Positions 1-11,255 of a stretch of 64,000 nt of DNA are shown in pieces. Under the pieces are notes generated by a model. That model had not been told where the DNA came from. It saw only the letters and a program-made list of their open reading frames with translations, and ran no database searches. Each line of letters starts with the position of its first letter. Position 1 is the stretch's first letter. Source of the DNA: Sphaerodactylus townsendi (lineage: Eukaryota); NCBI RefSeq assembly GCF_021028975.2, contig NC_059427.1:161820001-161884000 (forward strand). The letters are read 5' to 3'. A program made the position numbers and the translations under genes.

Positions 1-428
1 GATGTGGCGACCAGAACTGAACACAGTACTCCAAGAGCGGTCGCACCACTGCTTTATATAAGGGCATCACAATCTTTGCAGTTTTATTCTCAATTCCTTT
101 CCTAATGATCCCCAGCATAGAGTTTGCCTTTTTCACAGCTGCCATGCATTGAGTTGACATTCCCATGGAACTATCAACTAAGACGCCCAAATCCCTTTCC
201 TGGTCTGTGACTAATAGCACTGACCCCTGTAGCGTGTATGTGAAGTTTGGATTTTTCGCCCCTATGTGCATCACTTTACATTTTGCTACATTGAACTGCA
301 TTTGCCATTTCCTAGCCCACTCACCTAATTTATCAAGGTCCGCTTGGAGCTCTTTGCAATCCTTTGCGGTTCTCACCACCTTACATAATTTGGTATCATC
401 TGCAAACCTGGCCACCATGCTACCCACT
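1..428 (-). mobile_element. CR1 LINE fragment (RT C-terminal region), runs off window start
   Basis: Near-identical to the CR1 at 35951-36266/38615-38720; minus strand encodes KFADDTKL and LEYCVQFWSPH-type CR1 motifs. Confidence 0.9.
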
Positions 429-615
429 GTGTTTTCCTGACATTTCACCTACAGTAGCCGTGCTTTCCTGACGTTTCACCTACATCAGATGATCCTCTGA
501 AGATGCCAGCCACAGATGCAGGCGAAATGTCAGGAAAAAATGCTACTGGAACACAGTCCTACAGCCTGGAAACAACACCCCAGTGATTCCATCTGTGAAA
601 GATTTCAACAATACA
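429..615 (+). mobile_element. Penelope-like (Poseidon-type) 3' pLTR fragment with short inverted duplicated pieces
   Basis: Matches 54150-54280; 434-485 holds two reverse-complement copies of TGTAGGTGAAA(C/T)GTCAGGAAA. Confidence 0.8.
493..535 (+). ncRNA. Minimal type-I hammerhead ribozyme motif (stem III CpG-mutated)
   Basis: TCCT-CTGAAGA-T-GCC..GGC-GAAA-TGTC-AGGA; stem I is TCCT/AGGA. Confidence 0.6.
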
Positions 616-1698
616 ATTCAAAACATGCTTTTCCTTTCCACTTAGAGGGGCCGTGCATTACCCAGAGTGAGATTCTAGGAAGATTGTGGGTGAGAGATGA
701 TCTTTCGGGAAGACAGAGTCTGGTCTTGGTTCCTCAGAGTGCCTGGTTATGAATGGCTAGGAAAAAAAGTGTTTTTAATGTCATTGGTCCTACTGACCAC
801 TTGAGTTAGAATATGGAGCTGGGAAAAATCCAATTTGGGTTAGAACTTCCAAGGGGTGCTTGAGAGTCTACCTGGAAATGAGAAATGAGATGACTAGACT
901 GGGTGGTGGACAAAGCATTAAAGTCCTGCTTGTCTGGGTGACTCTGGATGCCTGCTTTCATTTGGGGTGAAATTGATCATTTGGAAATTCTAAAAGGGGA
1001 AGGCAGCATTCACAGACATCAGCCTGGTTGAGTATAGAAATCCATGCATGTCCAAGACAGGCCATTCACAACACTACCCCAAAGCTTACCAAGATTGTAT
1101 TGGCGTATTAGTTCCATATACAGTTTGCAAATCTTAACTCTTTACTAGCAGAACAAGTACTCCAAGAAGTGGGGACCTTAGTGCCCCATTTCCCTTCTCC
1201 AGTCTGCCAGGGATGGATTCCAAGGGTGGGGGCTTCCAAATAACTAATCACCATGTCAATGTGTTGGCAGGGCAAAGGGGGAACTGTCAATGCAGCAATA
1301 GCCTTGTGGAGCTGGGTTAGGGATCAGAAAGCTCCTGACTGCAAACGAGTCCTTCTGTGAGTTCTGAAACAGTTCCAGGTCCCATTTCCAGACTCTTTGG
1401 GCATGAAAGGGGTAAAAGCTTATGTCTGGGCAATCTCTCTTGTGCAGAGAACCAGTGAGATGCTGGATCCACCCATACAGTGGACCCTTGTGCTAACAAT
1501 CCCATCCTTTCCTCATTCAATGCTAGCTATGCGGTGAAGATACTAAAGCAAGGTATTTTGATTAACTAGTCATTGATATTTCTTAACTGTGCAACTAGAA
1601 GAAATCTGCACGGAGTAGAGTATCAGACCCTAATTAGTAAAGTTGAGAAGTTTTGTTCTCCACTTTTCCTTGGCCTTCCCTTTAATCCCTTTGTAACA

Positions 1699-2217
1699 GC
1701 CGAATACCTATTTTATTAGCTGAAGCTAAACTTCAGCGGGCATTAACTCTCGCAAGATGCAATGTATTACCCTCAGCCCTACGCCAGGGGAGGGCTCTAA
1801 AACTTCCACATCACCAAACATATTGCATTTGCGTTATGAATTGCGAAGAATCTGTAGTGCATGTATTGCATTATTGCCCAGTTTATAGCACAGCTAGGGC
1901 CAAGCTTTTACCTCTCGTATTTGTGGGCACTGATTGTTTATCTGACTTGCAAACAACTGTATTTGTACTGAACAATGAAGATATGTGAACAATGAACAAT
2001 GCATATTTTAGAGATGACAGCCAAGTTTCTTTGTCATATTATTACGACAAAGTCATTCCAAAAATTTGTAATTACTACTTTTATTATGACTTTTACCTAA
2101 AAGGAATATTTTATTATCCTTTTTAACCCTAATGTGTTATATTATCTTCAATTGTTCATTTATTTTGGTCTTACTATGCCATTAAAGGTGATGATGATGA
2201 TGATGATGATGATGATA

Positions 2218-2263
<46 letters not shown>
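1699..2263 (+). mobile_element. RTEX-like non-LTR 3' fragment ending in ATGCCATTAAAGG+(GAT)n
   Basis: Degenerate RALTLARCNVLPSA...C.C...ESVVHVLHYC zinc knuckle; (GAT)n tail at about 2190-2263. Confidence 0.6.
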
Positions 2264-2264
<1 letters not shown>

Positions 2265-2364
2265 CAGTAGAGGAGATTCTAGGCGGACCTACTAAGGATT
2301 GTCCTCTAAAACTCTTTCTCTACCCAGCCCTACAGGAAACCTGCTAATGCATATTGGAAGCAAA

Positions 2365-3321
2365 ATGCCCAACCTAACCTCCACATCAGAATTTCTGCTC
2401 CTGGAATTTTCGAACATTCGAGAAACACAAATCGTATATTTCTTTGCATTCCTCACAGTCTACCTGACTGCAGTGACTGGCAATCTTCTTATCATCCTTG
2501 CTGTAGCCCTGGATCACCATCTGCACACTCCCATGTACTTCTTTCTCATGAACTTGGCCATTCTGGACCTTGGCTCAGTTTCTGTCATGGTACCCAAAGC
2601 CATGGCCAATTCCCTCACGAACAGCAGGTCAATTTCTCATTCAGGATGTGTAGCTCAAGTTTTCTTCTACATCTTCCTTGGAGGGTCAGACTTTTTCATC
2701 TTGACAATAATGGCACATGATCGGTATGTCGCTATCTGCAATCCATTGCAATACGAGACAATTATGCACAGAGGAGCCTGCATTCAGATGGCGGTCGGTG
2801 CATGGATTGCTGGTATACTCTATGGTGTGTTAAATACCGGAGGAACTTTTGCTATCACCTTCTGCTCCAACATGATCAATCAGTTCTTCTGTGAAATACC
2901 CCAGATTCTTAACATTGCCTGTTCAGACATCTATCTAGAAGTTGGTATGCTTATGTTTAGCTGTTCCCTTGGACTAGGATGCTTCATCTTCATTGCTGTC
3001 ACTTATGTGCACATTTTTGTAGCTGTGCTCAGAATCCCTTCTGCGCATGGACAGAAAAAGGCCATCTCCACTTGCCTTCCCCACCTCACTGTGGTCTCTT
3101 TGCTTCTCTTTACTGGCATCTTTGCTTATGGGAGACCTCGCAGTTACTCTTCATCAGACCTGAATGTTCTTTTTGCAATCATTTATGCTGTAGTTCCTCC
3201 ATTGCTCAATCCATTCATTTACAGCATGAGAAACAAAGAAATCAAGACCGCATTGTTGAAGCTCTCCTACTGTGGGCATTTTTCTAAATTAATTGCTAGC
3301 AAAACTTTTCTACAAAAATAA
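2365..3321 (+). CDS. Olfactory receptor, family-14-like, intact (318 aa)
   Basis: N-glycosylation site MPNLT; LHTPMYFFL, MAHDRYVAIC, FFCEIPQ, KAISTCLPHL, PPLLNPFIYSMRNKE; splice acceptor CTACAG ends at 2335, so the TTG start at 2299 is not used (in-frame ATG at 2347 is an alternative). Confidence 0.95.
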   Translation: MPNLTSTSEFLLLEFSNIRETQIVYFFAFLTVYLTAVTGNLLIILAVALDHHLHTPMYFFLMNLAILDLGSVSVMVPKAMANSLTNSRSISHSGCVAQVFFYIFLGGSDFFILTIMAHDRYVAICNPLQYETIMHRGACIQMAVGAWIAGILYGVLNTGGTFAITFCSNMINQFFCEIPQILNIACSDIYLEVGMLMFSCSLGLGCFIFIAVTYVHIFVAVLRIPSAHGQKKAISTCLPHLTVVSLLLFTGIFAYGRPRSYSSSDLNVLFAIIYAVVPPLLNPFIYSMRNKEIKTALLKLSYCGHFSKLIASKTFLQK

Positions 3322-3370
3322 GGCTGAATCTTCATGTGCAGAGAATTATTGTATTTTATTTATGCTTTAG

Positions 3371-3553
3371 CAGAGCCGTAGCAGGGGGGAACTGTGCCCG
3401 GGGCAAGTGTGTGCCCTGCGCCCCTGCCATGCCCCTGTCTGCCCCCGGCACACCCCGGCACACCCCAGAACTCCCCTGCCATGCCCCGCCATGCCCCTGC
3501 ACTGGTGCATGCCCGGTGCAAGATGTCCCCGCCCGCTGGGTGCTACGCCACTG
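3371..3553. mobile_element. hAT-type MITE 50 bp downstream of the OR stop
   Basis: TIRs CAGAGCCGTAGC / GCTACGCCACTG; TSD TGCTTTAG/TGCTTCAG. Confidence 0.75.
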
Positions 3554-3897
3554 TGCTTCAGATGTAATACACAAGAAAGATTAGATTGATTTTTTGAAGT
3601 ACTTGAGCAAGTGCAGTTAGAGGCAGGCATTTTTGCTTTTCCTCAGCATGCTCCTTTGGATGGCTGAAAATGTGGTTCTGAGTGCTGGCAATTTAACAAG
3701 GAATGGGATCCATCCCAACAATATGGCTGTAGTGAGGAGGGAGGAGATTTCAGAAAGAGATTTCAGACCAAATCTTGACCATTACATGACAATGGGAAAT
3801 GGACAATAGATTACACATCATATCTGACTGAAATATATCACCTCATGAATAATATGTAGGATTTGATCTGCATGAAATATAATATAGAGACAGATTA

Positions 3898-4050
3898 GAA
3901 GAAGAAGAAGAAGAAGAAGAAGAAGAGGAGGAGGAGGAGGAGGAGGGGAGGAGGAGGAGCAGGAACAGGAACAGGAGCAGGAGGAGGTGTTTGGATTTAT
4001 ACCCCCCTTTCTCTGCTGTAAGGAGACACAAAGGGTCTTATAATCTCCTT
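3898..4050 (-). mobile_element. Squam3-like SINE 3' end with (GAA)n/(GAG)n tail
   Basis: TTTGGATTTATACCCCCCTTTCTC..GGAGAC.CAAAGGG matches the SINE tail at 33100-33168. Confidence 0.7.
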
Positions 4051-4602
4051 TAAATGTTTGATTTCCTGTTTTCAGATGCTATTTTAGGGCAAGATTATAA
4101 GAAATCTAACTAGCAGAGACAAACTAAAATCCACGGATCCTTTGCCCTGATTGTCATATTTACAGGCTTCCAATTTTGTGGGTCTGATTTAGAAGATCTG
4201 CATTACATTATGATTGGGCTCTCTACATTTAGGGAATCAGGTTTGTTTCCACAGATAAATAAAAAAATCAGACCCCTGTTTGGTTCATCTGTCTGAGTCC
4301 CAATCTGTCATTCTTCCCATTGCTTCCATGATGAATCATATTGGTTTCCTATTAGAGAGAACAAAGAGGATCCCTACAGTTGTGACTTATGTTATCTGTC
4401 TGACCTTTTCCAGAGATAAATCCACACACTGGGGACCAACCAGTCGGCATACTTGTTGGGGCACTCTCAGTATTCCGCATTATCCCTTGGATTCATATGT
4501 TGAATACAGATCAAGAATGTTTATTGAACATGTCTCTGCACAGACTGAATGGCCCCTTCCGCACACGCAGAATAATGTGTTTTCAAACCACTTTCACAAC
4601 TG

Positions 4603-4820
4603 GGGTGCTGTGTGGTTTCCGGGCTGTATGGCCCGGAAAAATCCACTTGCAAACAGTTGTGAAAGGGTATTGTATTGTCGAAGGCTTTCAGATCCTCTGA
4701 AGATGCCAGCCACAGATGCAGGTGAAACGTCAGGAGAGAATGCTGCTAGAACACGGCCATACAGCCCGGAAACCACACAGCACTCCAGTGATTCCGGCTG
4801 TGAAAGCCTTCGACAATACA
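4603..4820 (+). mobile_element. Penelope 3' fragment with inverted pieces, inserted in the MITE
   Basis: TSD CTTTCACAACTG at 4591-4602 and 4821-4832; ends GAAAGCCTTCGACAATACA. Confidence 0.85.
4693..4735 (+). ncRNA. Minimal type-I hammerhead ribozyme motif
   Basis: TCCT-CTGAAGA-TGCC..GGT-GAAA-CGTC-AGGA. Confidence 0.7.
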
Positions 4821-5538
4821 CTTTCACAACTGTTTGCAAGTGGATTTTGCTATTCCGCACAGCTTCAAAGAGCACTGAAAACAGTTTGAAAGTGCATTAT
4901 TCTGCGTGTGCAGAAGGAGCCAATGTGTCTGCCAAGGAGAACCAGGTGTGGTGAGAATACAAAGGCACATGATAAAGGAACCAGTTTTCCTGTTTTCCCA
5001 TTCACATGTGTTCTGTGAAGGCAGCGATTGGAGGTCACAGAAACAATCCAGGTTGCTGTCACACCTTTGCAAGGAGACAACTCTCCTTTTGAAAATTGTC
5101 CTGTAACACATGAATAGCTACGCAGGCAAGGCTGAAATAAACCTCCACAGCCATACTGATGTCCCACAATATGACCAGCTGCATCTGCATAGCTATGCAG
5201 CTGCAAGCTACAAAACATTTTTTCAAAGGGAAAAGAGGTCACCCTGCAGTGGCCGGGCAATGGTGGGCAGCTTCTCCCTCACCATGGAAGATGGAGTGGA
5301 AGGGAAGGAAATAAAGCACCTCCTGCCTGGCCGTTCGCTCAGGAGCAGCTCCAACCTGGGATTTTTCAAAAGGATTGCTTGTTTAGCAATAAAAAAATTG
5401 GGTTGGAGGAAATAACATGGGGGCAGACATGTTTTGGGGGGTGGGACCTGTGTGAAGTACTTCCCCCCAAAATACAGGTTATATAGCATCCCACACCCAT
5501 GTTTGTTGGCCTGTGCAGAATGGGTCATAATTCTTCCT

Positions 5539-6052
5539 GGCCCTTGCCGCATGGGTGGAATATGGTGGCCTGGGGACAGCAAAAACACAGTCCCCAGGCC
5601 GCCATTCGCACAGGGGGCGCAGCTGCTTTGCAGCTGCGCCGACCTCGCACCGCCCGACCGGCGCCAAACCGGTGTTTCCAAACCACGCTTCCCCAGCGTG
5701 GTTTTTTGGAAACGCCGGCTGAAAGCCGGTGCCATGCGAACGGCAGCGGCTTCCAGGCGCTTCCCCCCCACTCCCTTCCTTCACTTACCTGCTCTCCGGC
5801 CCTCCGGCACATTGCCGGGCCTGGGGACACGCCCCCCTGCTCTGCGACGCGGAAGCAGGCGCGCACGGCAGGGGAGGCGTGTCCCCAGGCCCCGGCAACG
5901 CGCCGGAGGGCTGGAGAGCAGGTAAGTCGACCGGGCGATGGCGCCCAGCGGCGCCGTCTTCCCGGTTCTTTCTGCAACGCCGGTTCTTTCTGCAACACCG
6001 GTTCTTTCTGCAACACCGACCCAAGCCCTTCCGCCTCCGTGTGGAAAGGGCC
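5539..6052. mobile_element. GC-rich PIF/Harbinger MITE family D
   Basis: TIRs GGCCCTTGCCGCA / TGTGGAAAGGGCC; TSD CCT; internal 3x18-bp tandem CCGGTTCTTTCTGCAAC(G/A). Confidence 0.8.
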
Positions 6053-6583
6053 CCTGAGACATATTTGGTCTTACTTCATGCATAGCCATGTGTTGCTAGT
6101 GGTCTATTTCTGCTAGTTATAAAAATAGAAGTAATAATGCAACACAGGAAGAAGACTTTAGCAACACTTGGCAGTTAAGTCAGGTAAACTCTTGGGAGCC
6201 AATTGCCAGGAACAGAATGTCAAGTAAACTCTGCCTCATTCCTGATTCCTTTTTGATTACAAGTACATGGCAGCAAACCCTCTATGGAATGGCGCAAGCA
6301 AATGGATGCATGAATTTAAATAGCTGAGAGAGCAATCAAACGTTATCATCTCTCTTTTGTCAAGGACCATTATGACAGTTATTGATTCATTGGTTCAAAT
6401 CCACATCAAGGATGAAAAAAAATAGTATTCTGTGATTTGATCCTACAGCAGACACTGACACGGGGAACTTAAGAGGAAAAGAACTGGGGAAGAAAGACGA
6501 CTCCAATGTATTCAGTCATGTTTGATATTGAGAAATTTGTGTGTGAGTGTAGAATGACTGCAGCAAAATTACAAAGAGATTCA

Positions 6584-7230
6584 AAGCAAAGCAAAGCCTT
6601 TATTGGCATACATAAAACAACAGCAACAAAACACAGCAAACATAAAAAAATTTAAAAGGCAAAAAGGATAACCTCAGATACATACATATTATTACTAGCT
6701 CTGAATTATTTCCATAACAAAGCTTGCAACCTCTTCACAAAAAACAGAATCAGAATTGTTCAACAAGAGAAATAATCTAATTGAATCTGTTAACTCAGAT
6801 TGGAAGAGAGGGTGTAGATTGACATATTTAGATCTAATTTTAGCAAATTTAGTGCAATGTAACAGTTTAGCTGGTGGAGCCAATGTTTCAAATCTACGCC
6901 TAGAATTACAGCTACAGAACCTTTTAGATTTTTCCAGGTTATTAAACCTGCCATGTAGTAAGGCAGATGGCATAAAATTGAATCTAGCAATTGTGAAGGC
7001 TCTCCTTGAGCAGGGGTTAGTTAGAAAATGTAAGTTGTGGGCCATACGACCCTGCTCAAATGGAATTAAAAATTGGGTGGGAGAGCAAGTTCTTTTAGCT
7101 GCTAGATACAGTTCTGCAAATTCCCAATCTAAGAGTCGGTCTTTGAGTAGTTTGTACGCTTCTGAGCAGGAAAGAGAGTAGAGTGATTCGAGAGACAAAC
7201 TGATAGATACAATTTTCTTTTCTTTTTAAA
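6584..7230 (-). mobile_element. RTEX-like LINE 3' fragment
   Basis: ORF 6695-7198 RRAFTIARFNFMPSALLHGRF..FCSC..LLHC; tail ATGCCAATAAAGG(CTTTG)n. Confidence 0.65.
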
Positions 7231-7235
7231 AAAAC

Positions 7236-7661
7236 ATTTTTATTGATATTTTGGAATTATTACAGATTTATATTGTATATTTTGTATTCATCCTCCATAT
7301 CCTTTCCCCCACTTTCCCCCCTCCCCTCTGTTCTTCTTTTCTTTAGATGCGCAGCAGCAGGTCCATTCTTTTCAATCTTCTTGTCCATTTTTCTTCTGTA
7401 ATTCCAATTTCGTTTAGCCAGTCTTTGAATTCCATCCAAATCCACTTCATATCTTTTTGTTTTTCTTGCCATATTTGATTTCTTGACATTATGTCAAACA
7501 TTTCCAATTGTATTTGCTCCCATATATATTCCAACCATTTCTGCATTGTCCATATTTTTTTGTCTTTCCACCCCAGTGCTATTACTGCCTGGGCCGCTCT
7601 GATCATGAGTTTGAAAAGCTTTCTCTTTCTTTGTTCTATTATTGTGTAATCTGATATGCCT

Positions 7662-7753
<92 letters not shown>

Positions 7754-8080
7754 ACCTTTATTAGGCATAGATGCCTATAAATAATAAATCTATATTTATC
7801 TTTATTTTTACCTTCACATATTTTTCTATATATATTATCACATTTTCCCACATATTTTTTACTTCTGTACATTCTAGCCACATATGGGTATATATTGCAT
7901 TTTTCTCCCCACAATGCCAACATTTAGGACTGAGTCCACTTATCATATATGCCAACTGTTTCGGTGTTCTATACCATTTTAATATTAGTTTCTTCTCCAG
8001 TTCTGCATATTTATCTATTTTTATCTTATTTATATTGTCTATAGTCCGTTTAATAAGATCTATGTCACAATTTTATTTTC
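7236..8080 (-). mobile_element. L1 ORF2 3' end (CCHC zinc knuckle)
   Basis: WYRTPKQLA..KCWHC..YTHMWLEC..MW and AAQAVIALGWK; interrupted by a (TAGA)n insert. Confidence 0.8.
7661..7770 (-). repeat. (TAGA)n microsatellite attached to an RTEX-like polyA-signal tail
   Basis: About 22 TAGA units plus TAAACCTTTATTAGGCATAG; flanked by duplicated ATGCCTATA. Confidence 0.8.
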
Positions 8081-8407
8081 AATCAGAGAAAACCAGGGGT
8101 TAGCCTGTGTACAAAGAGATTCCTTCCAGTCCTTTTCCATTTTTTTGCTATATTACCTAGAAGTGTTCCATTAAAGCTAAATCCTCTTGGAAAAAATGAA
8201 ACTGGCATCAGAGGGTTCCGGTTGCCATGGTGCCAGACTTCTTAGATGCACTCATAGACCCATGTCCGTTTAAGTCAAGGTTGGTAGTTTGTCTCCAAGA
8301 AATGCAAAGTGGTCAAGGGCTTTCAAACCATACACATTCATTTAGAAATCTCCATTGAATAGACCACAGTATGGTTCTGGGGAGACCTGATGAGGATTGT
8401 TCTCTAA

Positions 8408-8548
8408 GGCTCATTCCGCATATGCAGAATAATACACTTTCAAACTGCTTTCGATGCTCTTTGAAGCTGTGCGGAATGGCAAAATCCACTTTCAAACAGT
8501 TGTGAAAGTGATTTGAAAACACATTATTTTGCATGTGCTGAAGGGGCC
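8408..8548. mobile_element. Harbinger MITE family A, about 60 bp upstream of the OR ATG
   Basis: TIRs GGCTCATTCCGCA / AAGGGGCC; TSD TAA. Confidence 0.9.
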
Positions 8549-8606
8549 TAAAACACTTTCTCTGGTCAACCCTGCAGGTAATCTGCAAGTGAATATGGGA
8601 AGCAAA

Positions 8607-9566
8607 ATGCCCAACCTGACCTCCACAGCTGAATTTCTGCTCCTGGAATTTTCAGACATCTGAGAAGTACAGCTCTTGTACTCCTTCATATTCCTCACAG
8701 TATACCTGACTGCAATGACTGGTAACCTTCTCATCATCCTCGCCGTAGCCCTGGATCGCCATCTGCACACACCCATGTACTTCTTTCTCATGAATTTGGC
8801 CATTATGGACCTGGGATTAATTTCAGTCACGTTACTCAAAACTATAGCCAATTCCCTCCTGAACAGCAGGTCAATTTCTTATTTGGGGTGTGTCGCTCAA
8901 GTGTTCTGCCTTTTCCTGTTCGTAGGAGCAGATTTTGCCATTCTAACAGTAATGGCACACGATCGTCACATTGCGATCTGCAATCCGTTGCAATATGAAA
9001 TAATTATGCACAGAGGAGCCTGTATTCAAATGGCAGCCAGTGCATGGATTGCTGGTCTACTTAATGGCATGTTACAGACTGGAGGAACTTTTGCCATCAC
9101 CTTTTGCTCCAATATAATCGATCAGTTCTTCTGTGAAATACCACAGATGCTCAAACTCTCCTGTTCAGACTTGTATCTGGTGGAAGTTGGCTTGATGATA
9201 CTCAGCTCTTTCCTTGCATTAGGTTGCTTCATCTACATCATTGTCAGCTATGTGCGGATTTTTGAAGAAGTGCTCAAAATCCCTTCTGTGCATGGCCAAA
9301 AAAAAGCCATCTCCACTTGCCTTCCCCACCTCACTGTGGTCTGCTTGCTTATATTTACTGGCATCTTTGCCTATTTGAGGCCTCAGAGTTACACTTCATC
9401 TGACCTGAATGTTATTTCTGCAATAATTTATGCTGTAGTCCCTCCCTTGCTCAATCCGTTCATTTATAGCATGAGAAACAAAGAAATCAAGACTGCATTG
9501 CTGAAGCTCTCTGACTGTGCACATTTTTCTAAAATAATTGCTAGGAAAGCTTTTCCTCAAAAATGA
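8607..9566 (+). pseudogene. OR family-14-like pseudogene, premature TGA at codon 19 (8661-8663)
   Basis: ATG CCC AAC CTG.. GAC ATC TGA GAA, where the paralog at 2365 has CGA; DRY is DRH; the rest of the frame is open. Confidence 0.9.
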
Positions 9567-9572
9567 GACAGA

Positions 9573-9714
9573 GGCCCCTTCCGCACATGCAAAATAATGC
9601 GTTTTCAAACCACTTTTACAACTGTTTGCAAGTGGATTTTTGCTATTCCGCACAGCTTTAAAGAGCACTGAAAGCAGTTTGAAAGTGCATTATTCTGCAT
9701 GTGCGGAATGAGCC
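9573..9714. mobile_element. Harbinger MITE family A immediately after the OR stop
   Basis: TIRs; TSD AGA. Confidence 0.9.
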
Positions 9715-10000
9715 AGAATATCCCTCAGCAAATATTTTTGGGGTGGGGGTGTCAGACACAATACACAAGAAATACTAGGGTAAATTTTTTTAAAGCACTC
9801 CAGAAGATCCCATCAGATGTAGAGGTTTTTTTAATTTCCCTTTCTCCCCAGCATATACTTCTGAGCATAGAAAATGTGATGGGTTTTCACAGTACAATAT
9901 ATGATATTGATAGATAGGCTGTCCATCAAAATCTGAACATGGCTTATGCTAAGTCTTTTTAAAAACACCATCGACAATGTGGATTTTGAATAAGCAAAGT

Positions 10001-10155
10001 CCATGGTGGCAAACCTTTGGCACTCCAGATGTTATGGACTACAATTCCCATCAACCCCTGCCAGCATGGCCAATTGGCCATGCTGGCAGGGGCTGAGGTT
10101 AGAAATCTGGCAAAGTCCATTTCCTTCGCAGTGCTAAAGGTTCGCCACCACCTCG
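10001..10155. mobile_element. Degenerate palindromic hAT MITE
   Basis: GGTGGCAAACCTTTGGCAC..CCAGCATGGCCAATTGGCCATGCTGG..GTGCTAAAGGTTCGCCACC. Confidence 0.6.
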
Positions 10156-10199
10156 CTCGGTAGTTATGTGGCGGAACCGCATTTCGAATATGTCGATTG

Positions 10200-10236
<37 letters not shown>

Positions 10237-10549
10237 TGGCAATCAATGGAATGACGGATATCTCAGCCAGATCACCCTCAGAAAGCCTTATTGATGTATG
10301 ACATCTTATTGGAAATGCATAAATATATGAGAATGGCTGTATAACATTTGGAATATTTCATATTTGAACAAAATGAATGATTATCTGATGAGGTTTTTTT
10401 GAAAGTGGACTTTTCTTATTATGGCCTTTCCCCCATGAATTGTTTGCAATGTATCTTGCTACCTAATGCTATGGGTCCCCCCCCTTTTAATTCCACATCC
10501 CCCCCCCCGTTTGGTTTTGGGAATGTTTTCCCTTCATTTTAACCTTCCC

Positions 10550-11055
10550 TTCATCTTAACCTACTGCATCTGTGTATGGTTCTCCAGTTGCACAGTGGCA
10601 GATAGGAAGGCGCTCCAAAGGGTGATCACTACTGCACAGAGGATTATCAGCTGCCCTCTCCCCTCCTTGGAAGAACTCTATAATTCCCGAAGCCTAAAGC
10701 CCAAGATATTCTGAGAGACCCGTCTCATCAAGCACACTCTCTTTTTGAACTGTTACCGTCTGGCAGACAATACAGGTCTATAAAAACTAGGACAAATAGG
10801 CTTAGAGACAGCTTCTACTCTAGAGCTGTGGCTAAGCGTAGAACTCCATGGCTTTGTGTGTTGATGTGGGGTTATGCTTTGAACTCCATGGCTTTTTGTG
10901 TTTGGGAGCTGTATGGTAGGGATGGGCGGGAGAAAGGGGAAAGTGAGGATGGGGGTATGAGTCTGAAATTGTGTGCATCGAGTGAATGCTGCTGTAAAGG
11001 GCTGTTTCATTGTAAATTTTTAATGACAATAAAAAATGCTTATGCTTATGCTTAT
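10550..11055 (+). mobile_element. Rex1/Babar-like LINE 3' end
   Basis: YCICVWFSSCTVADRKALQRVITTAQRII..PLPSLEELY; AATAAA plus (ATGCTT)n tail. Confidence 0.75.
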
Positions 11056-11124
11056 CTCTGTTGTTTTCCCAAGCATTTTACTACAATTTTTTAAAATTCA
11101 TTTCCATGTCGAAGAAGCTTCCCA

Positions 11125-11255
11125 AGAAGAAGGAAGAAGAAGAAGAAGAAGAAAGAAAGAAGAAAGAAGAAGCAAAGAAGAAAGAAAAAAAAGAAGAAGA
11201 AGAAGAAAAAAGAGGAGGAGTTTGACGATTTATATCCCCCCTCTTTCTCTCCTGG
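11125..11255 (-). repeat. (GAA)n-rich tract plus Squam3-like SINE tail remnant
   Basis: GAA repeats followed by GATTTATATCCCCCCTCTTTCTCTCCTG. Confidence 0.65.

Larger units (their letters stand above)
4551..4921. mobile_element. PIF/Harbinger MITE family A, interrupted by a Penelope insertion
   Basis: TIRs GGCCCCTTCCGCAC / GTGCAGAAGGAGCC; 3-bp TSD AAT. Confidence 0.85.

Noticed and set aside
2299-2364. N-terminal extensions of OR ORFs (also 33923-34024)
   Set aside because: They span polypyrimidine tracts and AG acceptors, so they are intronic or UTR
4280-4954. 224-aa ORF
   Set aside because: Chance read-through of unique DNA, MITE and Penelope pLTR
5223-6116. Many overlapping 100-240 aa ORFs here and at 26588-27143, 43900-44519 and 52265-52990
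   Set aside because: They coincide with stop-poor, GC-rich family D MITEs; there are no transposase or other protein motifs
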